From Macrostomum lignano (lineage: Eukaryota), in NCBI GenBank assembly GCA_002269645.1, contig NIVC01001345.1:8601-72600 (forward strand): a stretch of 64,000 bases of DNA, in the 5' to 3' direction. Under the pieces are notes generated by a model. It saw only the letters and a program-made list of their open reading frames with translations. It was not told the DNA's origin and did no database searches. This document shows positions 10,991-21,282 of this stretch, in pieces. Numbering within the stretch: position 1 is the first letter of the stretch; each line of letters begins with the position of its first letter. The translations under genes were made by a program, and so were the position numbers.

Positions 10991-11908
10991 ATGAAGCTAT
11001 TGTACTGTGCTGGGGAGAATTACTGAGATGTCAAGGCTCACGGAGAATAACTGAGATTACGGGGTGGGGGGGGGTTTCTGAGATGTCAGAGAAGCAAAGA
11101 AGCAAACGTCAGAAGCTACTTCAAAGTGCATGTAGTTTACTCAATTTTTTTATTACATTCTTTGTTGGCTCGCTACGGGGGGCGCTGATAGAAGAAGAGT
11201 CATGTAAAAAAGAAAAGAAGCACTATGTATACATAAAAGAAGAGTCATGATGTCGAAGTTAAAAGATTCATTTGGGAATTGCTACGATGCCAAGGCTTGG
11301 AGGGAATCGCTATAGTGCTGTGATTCTTAATAAGGAATCACTAAAATGTCAAGGCTTAGGGGAGAAGAATTGCTGAGATTCAAGGCTTTAGGTTGGGTTA
11401 AAGTTAGGTTTAGGTCAGGTTTGGGTTGAGGGTTAGATTTTAGCGGGTTTCAAGATTAACAGGGGATTTTTCAAATATCAAGGTTTATGGGGGCATCGCG
11501 AACATGTCAAGACTTACGGGGGGAATAGCTAAGATGTCAAGGCTCACGGGGGAATAACTGAGATGTCAAGGCTAAATTCACAAGCTACATGTAGTTTATT
11601 GTAAAAAAATTTCATTATTTGTTGGCTTTTCACGGGAAGGATCGCTGATAGATAAAGTGTAATGTAAAAAAGAAGCTTCATGTCGAAGTTAAGAGATTCA
11701 TTTGGGAATCCCTACGAGGTCGAGGCTTGCAGAGAATCGCTATAATGCTGTAGTGCTATAATGACTCTCGGAGAGAATTACTGAAATGTCAATGCTTTAA
11801 GGTTAGGGTTAGGGTTAGGGTTAGAAGGTTAACAAATTTTTTAAGATTTCAAGGCTTATGGGGGGAATTTCTGAGATGTCAAGGCTTACAAGGGACTGCT
11901 GAGGTATT
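10990..11908. repeat. Degenerate repeat block (CTGAGATGTCAAGGCTT motifs, imperfect ~480-bp duplication, short TTAGGG runs), resuming after 15122
   Basis: GCATGTAGTTTA/GCTACATGTAGTTTA blocks at about 11130, 11585 and 15134; (TTAGGG)3TTAG at 11803-11824. Confidence 0.65.
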
Positions 11909-14900
11909 CACAGGTAGGAGGAATTCAAGTTAAATGCAAAAAAATTGCCCATAATCGGTTTTTTGCTCATGGGATAGAATTTGTACCCCTGATTCTAAAA
12001 TGACCTTCCATGAAATCCTAACTGATTGGGTTCGCGAGATATGCTCATAATTAAGTTTTTACCATAGATATGAGGCAGTCCAACAAGCAAAACTCGCCAT
12101 TCAGGGATAAGTTGAATGTATTTTGTCCAAAACAGTTCTCACCACTGTGAATTCAATTTGTATTGAGTGCATGTATGTTTAATCATACTTTTTGTAGGGT
12201 AAAACAAAACAAAAAACTCAAGGCAACTTTGTTAAGTGTGCGATGTTACAACTGATGCTATGCTGTACATTCTTAGTGTAAAGAATTGGCCTCTTCTATA
12301 TAAATAAGTTTGATTCTCTAAATTAGAGAAGATAACAAGTATTGTACAGTCTTCTAAGTCTATTTACCACCACGATCATGAAATATGCAATAAAATCACC
12401 TGACGTATAATCGATAAAAATATGTACATTCAACCCGCCACCATTAAACGGCAAAAGGCAAAATTTCGCTTGTGATCACACTCACACGATTTGCACATTA
12501 TTTTTTATCGATCCCTTTATACCTAAATCATGAGCAGTTGCTCAATTTATGGTGATGTAAATGAGTATTTAGAGCATTTTAGAATATTTTGTTTCAATTG
12601 ATCAACTGTCCAAACAAATTTCTTGTTTTTACTCATCAACTACAATGCCAAAGAAAAGAAACCACGAAGAAAATCTCCAGGCACTGTGTGCCATGTGTCT
12701 TCGAAGAGCGCATCGCCCTTTGACGGAGCATCAGATTGAACTAATTCAATCTACAGTGTACGAAGGCTTCAAGGTAGAACGACAATATCTTCCATCTGGC
12801 ATATGTGACGGCTGCAGAAGGAAGCTTTCGTCTTTGTCCTGCCCAGATTCGCGACCTATTCCAGTCCTACTGGCGTATGACCAGATAGTTACCGACCTTC
12901 AGTCTCTGCCGCCTGCAACTCGTGGCAACCCTGACTGCAACTGTGAGCTGTGTAGCTTGGCCAGCTCACACAGGAGCAGCAGTGCAGTGCCAGACACCAA
13001 ATACTTGGCCACAGGTCCACCAGCAAGCCGAGGTCGTCCTGCTGCGATTCAAAAACTCTGCTCGCATTGCATGTCACGGATCGGACCCGGCCTGGAGCAT
13101 CGCTGCAATAAAACAACCAAATTAAAGAATTTGCGAGACAAAATATCTCCTCTTACCAAGCACCAGCTGGCTAGCTCAGTCATCAAGGAGTGTAATGAGG
13201 CTGCAGCAGGTGGTATTGTACTAAGTCAAACTGCTGGTAAACCTCTTCGAGTCAAGGTAGCCTCTAGCTCAGCCGCTGAACCTATAACAAGTGTTTCTAG
13301 GAAAGGACATATAAGCCACGAAACAATTTCGGCTTTGAAAGTCGGGCTTAGTTTAAGCAGCAAGCAGACTCTAAAGCTGGCCAGCATTCTTAGGTTAGGT
13401 GCAGGCCGGAATGTGATCGAGCCTAACCTTCGTGAAGAGCTGCAGAAGAGAGGCCGCTGCCTAACAAGCTTCTTCACGTTAGTTCAGCTGCCATTCATAC
13501 GTTCATCTGGACAGACTCAGGAGGTTTCGAGACCAAGGCCAGCCGTGATCTGCTCCGATCTTCAAGGTTTGCTAAATCATATTTGCACCGAGCGTGGCAT
13601 CGAGAACAGCTTTGTCAAGATTGGAATGGAATTGAGGAGGCTCTCTGAAAGTTGTGCTGACTGTGACCGGTGAGTCTGAGCCTGCAGCATCGCCAGTAAA
13701 GAAGTTAGCCTGCAGCCGCCAGTTTCTCAACTCTGGTGTTAAAAAATTAATGATCATCGCTATTGCTCCTGATGTTAGTGAGACTTATCTCAACGTTAAA
13801 CTACTACTGGACTCTCTGAATCTACAGGCGATTTCGTTTACTGTTGCTTGTGATCTCAAGCTTGCCAACATAGTGATTGGCTTGCAGAATCACGCGGGAA
13901 TGTACCCATGTACATGGTGCGAGGCAAAGGCTCCATTCGCTGCGGATGGTCTGACGCGCACATTTGGCAGTGTAACAAAGAATGCAGCTGCCTTTTCCGA
14001 AGCAGGCAATGATTTGCGATCGGCCAAGCTTTTTAAAAGCTGTGTTAACAAACCCCTTTTGTCTGGTGGAGAAGATGAGCCGATACTCAACAAGCTGCCC
14101 CCACCTGAGCTGCATCTTCTCATTAGAGTTGTTAACAAGATCGTCGACTCGCTTGAAGCTGACGGAGGTCATGTACTCAGCTGGGCTGCAAGCCATAACA
14201 TCGGGCGCGCTGACTATCGCGGAGGATCATTCAAGGGCAACCAGTGCCACGCAATCCTGCAACTAGCTGATGAACTGACGAGCATCCTGCCTGAGCAGCT
14301 GAAGCAGTTTGGTGAAGCCCTTCAATGCTTCCGTGAAGTGGTACACGCTTGCTTTGGGGAGAAGCTACAGCCTGAATATGAACAGCTGATTCAGCAGTTT
14401 CGAGAGTCCTACTGCAAGCTACGTCGTACCTATTAGAGTGACACCAAAAGTTCACTGCGTGTTCGTCCATGTGGTCGAGTTTTGCAGACTGCATGGCAAA
14501 GGCCTGGGCACATTTTCTGAGCAGGCTGGTGAAAGTGCTCACCATGATTTCAGTAAAGTATGGCAAAACTTTAAGCGCCGGAGTGGTGACCCAGCGATGG
14601 GACAACAGCTTCTACAGGCCACGGTACAATATAATAGCTGTCATTTGTAATTGCTTGTAAAACTAAAAATGCTCAATGACAATCTATTTGAATTTACAGC
14701 TCAATATCTATTGCATTACAGTTTTCTGTTTTGGTTTAGACTTAGAAAGATTAGCCATTATCTTAAAAATTCTATAGGTAAATAATGATAATAACTATTA
14801 ATTTGCTGATTCACTGTTTAAATTAAAATATATATTTTGAAATAGTGTCTGAACTATGCACACTACAAGTTGAATTCACAGTGGTGAGAACTGTTTTGGA

Positions 14901-15117
14901 CAAAATACATTCAACTTATCCTTGAATGGCGAGTTTTGCTTGTTGGACTGCCTCATATCTATGGTAAAAACTTAATTATGAGCATATCTCGCGAACCCAA
15001 TCAGTTAGGATTTCATGGGAGGTCATTTTAGAATCAGGGGTACAAATTCTATCCCATGAACAAAAAACCGATTATGGGCAATTTTTTTGCATTTAACTTG
15101 AATTCCTCCTACCTGTG
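11909..15117 (+). mobile_element. Chapaev-type DNA transposon, 3209 bp
   Basis: 248-bp TIRs (11909-12156 and 14870-15117, 3 mismatches) with CAC..GTG termini; GTATT repeated at 11904-11908 and 15118-15122. Confidence 0.92.
12645..14650 (+). pseudogene. Chapaev transposase with N-terminal Chapa zinc finger; two frameshifts
   Basis: H-x7-CxxC (HEENLQALCAMC), PSGICDGC, PDCNCELC. Catalytic core KIGM[D]GGGSLKV (frameshifted at about 13630), ACDLKL about 75 aa later, YPCTWC, PPPELHL, and VTPKVH..SEQAGESAH after an apparent 7-bp insertion near 14427. Confidence 0.88.
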
Positions 15118-16563
15118 GTATTGCAAAGAGACGCTACATGTAGTTTATTAAAAAACTTGTATTGCATTTTTTGGCTCCCCAACGGGGGGCGCATTGCATA
15201 AGGCTCTGAACGTCGAGCTCCCCGAAAATCTGCGTCAGCATCTCGCATGGCAGTGCGTACATGTTTAGCTGCAACAATGTTTAATGTCTGGGGTCGATCT
15301 CATGCTCCTGCTCATTCTCTAGCTATATATAGCCTACGTGCCCATGTACTTTCCTATAGTTCTCCTACGATAAGTCTTATGTTCCAGCGAAAAGAGAAAA
15401 AGGAACTCTCAAAATATGTCGCTGTGCGCAAACGAACGCTTCTTCCGTAGTTACAGAATACAATTCATTTATTTATTTTCATACAGACAATAAGTCTCGC
15501 AATGTGCAGGCACAAACCAAAGTAGCGCGCGCAAGGATACATCTGTTGGAAAAGTGAACAAGTGACAAATAGTATCGGGGCCACATTTTGACCGCATCTG
15601 ACCGCAATTCGATCTTTTTTGACCGCGTTTCAACCGTATTTGACCTCATCAAGCTCATAAAAAATGGTCGAGGTGAACGTTTTTGGCCCGTTTCTTGACC
15701 GAATCTGACCGCAATTCGACCGTTTTTGACCGTATTTCGAACGTAATTTGACCTCATCAATTTGACCGCAAAAAACGGTCGAGGTGAACCGTTTTTTGGC
15801 ATGGTACGCAAAATCCGGTCAACTGCGGTCGAAGTGCGGTCACAAAGCGTAATTATTTTTTGCCGGGAGGTAAGTCGCAAAATCAAAAATGCGAAAAACG
15901 AAAAATTTGAGAAAGAAAGGAGAGGAAGAGAAAAAGAAAAGAAAGGAGGGAAAAGAGAGAGAGGGGAAGAGAAGAGAGAAAGAGAAAGAGAAGAAAAGAG
16001 AAAAAGACAAGAAAAGTCATATACAAAGTAAAAATAAGTTGCAATTGGGAGAACTAAGTCGCAATTGGAGGAACTAAGTCGCAATTGGGAGGAACTAAGT
16101 CGCAATCAGGAGGAACTAAGTTGCAAATCTGGACAAAACTAAGTTGCACCGGACGGGTGAAATTTTGAGGTTGGGCATGTATGATCTAATATAATATAAC
16201 ATATCAGATAATTTTTAATTAGTAGCTACTAACAAGTTATATCATTTAAGTCACTATAAATTGCCTGTTAGACATTTCCAATGTACTTATTGGTGAACAT
16301 TTTCGCATAGAAGTCCATGCTAAAGCATTTATGTACTAACTAGCCATCATGGGTGAATCTAATGAACAAATATTTCAATGGCTTCACAATTCACAGTGAT
16401 ACTATAGCACAGAGTGATCAATCAAGAGAACTGTATTCTGCAAATCAGTCTAATAACTTTTTGAAAGAAAAAAGTGTTCAGGGTTTAATATTTTTTCTTT
16501 TTGTTTGAATAACATTCAGAAATGCATAGAATAAGATTTTTTCACTATCTTCCAAAACTGCAG

Positions 16564-16631
16564 GTCAGTTCGAGTGTTACTTCGCCGCGATAATGGACAG
16601 TTCTGGCCCAGTGTGTGCCAATTTCTTTCTA
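16564..16631 (+). CDS. WDFY2: WDFY1/2 ortholog, exon 2
   Basis: cag|G TCA GTT..: SVRVLLRRDNGQFWPSVCQFLS, matching RVWLKRDSGQYWPS. Donor A|gtaagt. Too short for the ORF track. Confidence 0.92.
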
Positions 16632-16854
16632 GTAAGTGCTTTATGTGTATCTAATTTAAGCTTTCGTTTGTTCTAAAGATATTCTAACTTTGAAGCATGC
16701 TGATTTCTGTAGATTTTTTTGTTGCTCAAATTCAAATTGATGTCACTTTTACTAAAGACATTTTGGGCTATACCCATTTTTATTTTCCATATATAGTTTT
16801 CGAAACATTATCATTTTAATTGTAGCATACGAGTACAATCATATAGGTCAATCC

Positions 16855-17200
16855 CTGGATGTCTTTTTAGCAGCACAAATTCGGTGCTAATGACGTCAAT
16901 AAATTGCAGATAAGCATAGGCCTTGTATACACGGGGTATGAAGTTGATCCATAAATATCTATTTTTAGCAACACAATTTAATGCTAATGACGTCAAAAAA
17001 TTTCAGCCAATCAGAGGCGTTCTATACACGGGGTGCGAAATCAACCCATATAAATGTCTATTTTTAGCAACACAATTTGGTTGATGACGTCAGTTAACTT
17101 GTAGCCAATCAGATGCATTTTAGATAGAAATAGGTTCCAGGATAGGCACTTTTTAATATCTATTTTTCACAATACATTTCTCTATGACCAAAGCGTCATG
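16855..17200. repeat. 97-bp tandem repeat, 3 units plus a partial, each with TGACGTCA; two units with GCCAATCAG
   Basis: TGACGTCA at 16891, 16988 and 17085 (97-bp spacing); CCAAT at about 17007 and 17105. Confidence 0.8.
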
Positions 17201-17232
17201 TCACGAACTTTGGATTCAAAAATAATTCCCAG

Positions 17233-17530
17233 GCCCCTGCAGCAGTCTGGCCTATTCAGAGGAATCACGCAGCCTGTTTGTCGGCTGCGACTCCGGTCTG
17301 GTGTCCGAATTCAGCCTGGCCGAGGACTACAATAGCGTTGAATTGCGCCGGGAATATCAGGCTCACAATGGCCGCGTGACCGCCTGCATTCACGCTATTC
17401 ACCAAGAGTGGGTCATTAGCTGCGCCAAGGACCGCTATCTGGTGTGGCATAGCGTCCAGACTGGAAGGCGATGCGGCAGCTACTTGGCTGGGGCGCCTTG
17501 CACAGCCCTGCAGTATGACCATCCAACCAG
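17233..17530 (+). CDS. WDFY2: WDFY1/2 ortholog, exon 3 (WD40 repeats)
   Basis: SPCSSLAYSEESRSLFVG..YQAHNGRV..EWVISCAKDR..CTALQYD; acceptor cccag|, donor AG|gttagc; phases 1 and 2 fit neighbouring exons. Confidence 0.92.
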
Positions 17531-17559
17531 GTTAGCCTTGGTGGATTGTGGGGCACTGG

Positions 17560-20427
17560 CTGAAACATCATGAGATCGCTGAAGCATCATGGGGGTCACG
17601 GTCACTGAAGCATCATGGGGTCACGGTCACTGAAGCATCATGGGGGTCACTGAAACATCATGGGGTCACGGTCACTGAAGCATCATGGGGGTCACTGAAA
17701 CATCATGGGGTCACTGAAGCATCGTGAGGTCACTGGAGCATCATGGGGTCACTGAAGCATCATGGGGTCACTGAAGCATCATTGGGGCCACTGAAGTATC
17801 ATGAGGTCACTGAAGCGTCATGGGGTCACTGAAGCGTCATGGGGTCACTGAAGTATCATGGGGGTCACTGAAGCTTCATGGGGTCACTGGAGCATCAATG
17901 GGGTCACTGAAGTATCATGGGGGCACTGAAGCATCATTGGGGTCACTGGAGCATCATGGGTTCATTGGAGCATCATGAGGTCACTGAAGCGTCATGGGGT
18001 CACTGAAGCATCATTGGGGCCACTGAAACATCATTGGGGCCACTGAAGCATCATTGGGGTCACTGGAGCATCATGAGGTCACTGAAGCATCATTGGGGCC
18101 ACTGAATCATCATGGGGGTCACTGAAGCATCATTGGGGCCACTGAAGCATCATTGGGGCCACTGAAGCATCATTGGGGTCACTGGAGCATCATGGGGTCA
18201 TTAAAGCATCATGGGGTCATTAGAGCATCATTGGGGCCACTGAAGCATCATTGGGGTCACTGGAGCATCATTGGGGCCACTGAAGCATCATTGGGGTCAC
18301 TGGAGCATCATTGGGGCCACTGAAGCATCATTGGGGCCACTGAAGCATCATTGGGGTCACTGGAGCATCATTGGGGTCACTGGAGCATCATTGGGGTCAC
18401 TGGAGCATCATTGGGGTCACTGGAGCATCATGAGGTCACTGAAGCATCATTGGGGCCACTGAATCATCATGGGGGTCACTGAAGCATCATTGGGGCCACT
18501 GAAGCATCATTGGGGCCACTGAATTATCATGGGGGTCACTGAAGCATCATTGGGGCCACTGAAGCATCATTGGGGTCACTGGAGCATCATTGGGGTCACT
18601 GGAGCATCATTGGGGCCACTGAAGCATCATTGGGGCCACTGAAGCATCATTGGGGTCACTGGAGCATCATTTGAGCCACTGAAGCATCATTGGGGTCACT
18701 GGAGCATCATTGGGGTCACTGGAGCATCATGAGGTCACTGAAGCATCATTGGGGCCACTGAATCATCATGGGGGTCACTGAAGCATCATTGGGGCCACTG
18801 AAGCATCATTGGGGTCACTGGAGCATCATTGGGGCCACTGAAGCATCATTGGGGTCACTGGAGCATCATTGGGGTCACTGGAGCATCATGAGGTCACTGA
18901 AGCATCATTGGGGCCACTGAATCATCATGGGGTCACTGAAGCATCATTGGGGCCACTGAAGCATCATTGGGGCCACTGAAGCATCATTGGGGTCACTGGA
19001 GCATCATTGGGGCCACTGAAGCATCATTGGGGTCACTGGAGCATCATTGGGGTCACTGGAGCATCATGAGGTCACTGAAGCATCATTGGGGCCACTGAAT
19101 CATCATGGGGGTCACTGAAGCATCATTGGGGCCACTGAAGCATCATTGGGGCCACTGAAGCATCATTGGGGTCACTGGAGCATCATTGGGGCCACTGAAG
19201 CATCATTGGGGTCACTGGAGCATCATTGGGGTCACTGGAGCATCATGAAGTCACTGAAGCATCATTGGGGCCACTGAATCATCATGGGGGTCACTGAAGC
19301 ATCATTGGGCCACTGAAGCATCATTGTGGCCACTGAAGCATCATTGGGGTCACTGGAGCATCATTGGGGTCACTGGAGCATCATTGGGGCCACTGAAGCA
19401 TCATTGGGGTCACTGGAGCATCATGGGGTCATTGGAGCATCATTGGGGCCACTGGAGCATCATGGGGGTCACTGAAGCATCATTGGGGCCACTGAAGCAT
19501 CATTGGGGTCACTGGAGCATCATTGGGGTCACTGGAGCATCATGAGGTCACTGAAGCATCATTGGGGCCACTGAATCATCATGAGGGTCACTGAAGCATC
19601 ATTGGGGCCACTGAAGCATCATTGGGGTCACTGGAGCATCATTGGGGCCACTGAAGCATCATTGGGGTCACTGGAGCATCATGAGGTCACTGAAGCATCA
19701 TTGGGGCCACTGAATCATCATGGGGTCACAGAAGCATCATTGGGGCCACTGAAGCATCATTGGGGTCACTGGAGCATTATTGGGGCCACTGAAGCATCAT
19801 TGGGGTCACTGGAGCATCATTGGGGTCACTGGAGCATCATGAGGTCACTGAAGCATCATTGGGGCCACTGAATCATCATTGGGGTCACTGGAGCATCATT
19901 GGGGCCACTGAAGCATCATTGGGGTCACTGGAGCATCATGAGGTCACTGAAGCATCATTGGGGCCACTTAATCATCATGGGGGTCACTGAAGCATCATTG
20001 GGGCCACTGAAGCATCATTGGGGTCACTGGAGCATCATTGGGGCCACTGAAGCATCATTGGGGTCACTGGAGCATCATGGGGTCATTGGAGCATCATTGG
20101 GGCCACTGAAGCATCATGGGGGTCACTGAAGCATCATTGGGGCCACTGAAGCATCATTGGGGTCACTGGAGCATCATTGGGGTCACTGGAGCATCATTGG
20201 GGCCACTGAAGCATCATTGGGGTCACTGGAGCATCATGGGGTCATTGGAGCATCATGGGGTCATTGGAGCATCATGGGGTCATTGGAGCATCATTGGGGC
20301 CACTGAAGCATCATTGGGGTCACTGGAGCATCATTGGGGCCACTGAAGCATCATTGGGGTCACTGGAGCATCATGGGGTCATTGGAGCATCATGGGGTCA
20401 CTGGAGCATCATGGGGTCATTGGAGCA
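17560..20427. repeat. 20-bp minisatellite (GGGG[C/T]CACTG[A/G]AGCATCATT)n in WDFY intron 3
   Basis: About 140 tandem units; remnant copies again at 20798-20835. Confidence 0.97.
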
Positions 20428-20432
20428 GGGTG

Positions 20433-20797
20433 CACGACAATTGACTGCCACAATTTGACTGCCGACAAAGCACTTGCTTTCATAAACGCGAAACTTCACA
20501 ACCGGTAAAACTTTTGCACTTACTTTCATATACTGCAGTCTTTTTATTTTTTTCGCGTTCATAAAGGCATGCTTTGGAAATTGAGGTATATGTTTTTTAC
20601 ATGAAACAAAGACTTACCTTAGAACTGTGTTCTTAATTGTATTATAAAGGTAATGTATTCTGTTCTGCATCATTCTAAATACAATATTTCACTTACATGC
20701 ATAGACTTAAAAAGGGTGACAGAGTGCTAAACTTTAGGAGCATCATTTTGCTGGCAGTCAAATTGCCGCAGTCATATTGTGGCAGTCAATTGTCGTG
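20433..20797. mobile_element. 365-bp MITE-like element with CAC..GTG ends
   Basis: 22-bp TIR CACGACAATTGACTGCCACAAT / ATTGTGGCAGTCAATTGTCGTG with inner TTGACTGCC repeats; interrupts the 20-bp array; no clean TSD. Confidence 0.75.
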
Positions 20798-20871
20798 AGG
20801 TCATGAGGTCACTGAAGCATCATGAGGTCACTGGAGTATCAACCCTGCCACCCGACCTCTCTCCTTCCCAG

Positions 20872-21166
20872 GTACGCCTTCCTCTCCGACCAGTCGGGCG
20901 TGGTGACCATTCTCCGCCTCACCGAGAACTCATTGGAGCTCATCAACGTGCTCAAGGGTCACTCGGCTGCGGTGACAGACTTGGCTTGGGATGCCAGAAG
21001 GAACCAGCTGTACTCGGCGTCTCAGGACAACGCCGTCATCATGTGGGACATCGGGGGCGGCGAGGGCAAGGCCTACGAGCTGCAGGCGCACCGGGGCTCG
21101 GTGAACAGCCTGGTGTTCGCGGCCACGTCCAGGGAGTGCATCTCTGCTGGCTCCGATGGCAATTTG
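20872..21166 (+). CDS. WDFY2: WDFY1/2 ortholog, exon 4 (WD40 repeats)
   Basis: YAFLSDQSG..LKGH..LYSASQDNAVIMWDIGG..SAGSDGNL; pyrimidine tract plus cccag acceptor; weak donor TTG|gttcgc fixed by homology. Confidence 0.9.
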
Positions 21167-21282
21167 GTTCGCGCTTACTGACTGGCTGCTTCTGGGGGTC
21201 TGGGGTAGTCTGCTTTGGGGTGTGTAGGGGTTTTGAGATTGTAGAGAGTCTGGGGAATCGGAGTTTGACTCGTGGAACTTGT

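Larger units (their letters stand above)
5631..16183. mobile_element. 10.55-kb composite element with hAT-like ends; no hAT transposase seen
   Basis: 14-bp perfect TIRs CATACATGCCCAAC (5631-5644) and GTTGGGCATGTATG (16170-16183). 8-bp flanks ATCTAAGA/ATCTAATA match 7/8. Inverted subterminal arrays of (T)GC(A/G)GTCAAA (about 5770-6000) and TTTGACCGCA (about 15585-15845). Confidence 0.75.

Noticed and set aside
11909-11945. 12/23 RSS architecture in the Chapaev ends
   Set aside because: The TIRs are symmetric. The A-rich nonamer-like tract is 20 nt from the terminal CACAGGT and 16 nt from the inner heptamer, not 12 or 23.
18271-20458. ORFs of the LKHHWGHWSII type
   Set aside because: Translations of the 20-bp intronic minisatellite; no coding evidence.
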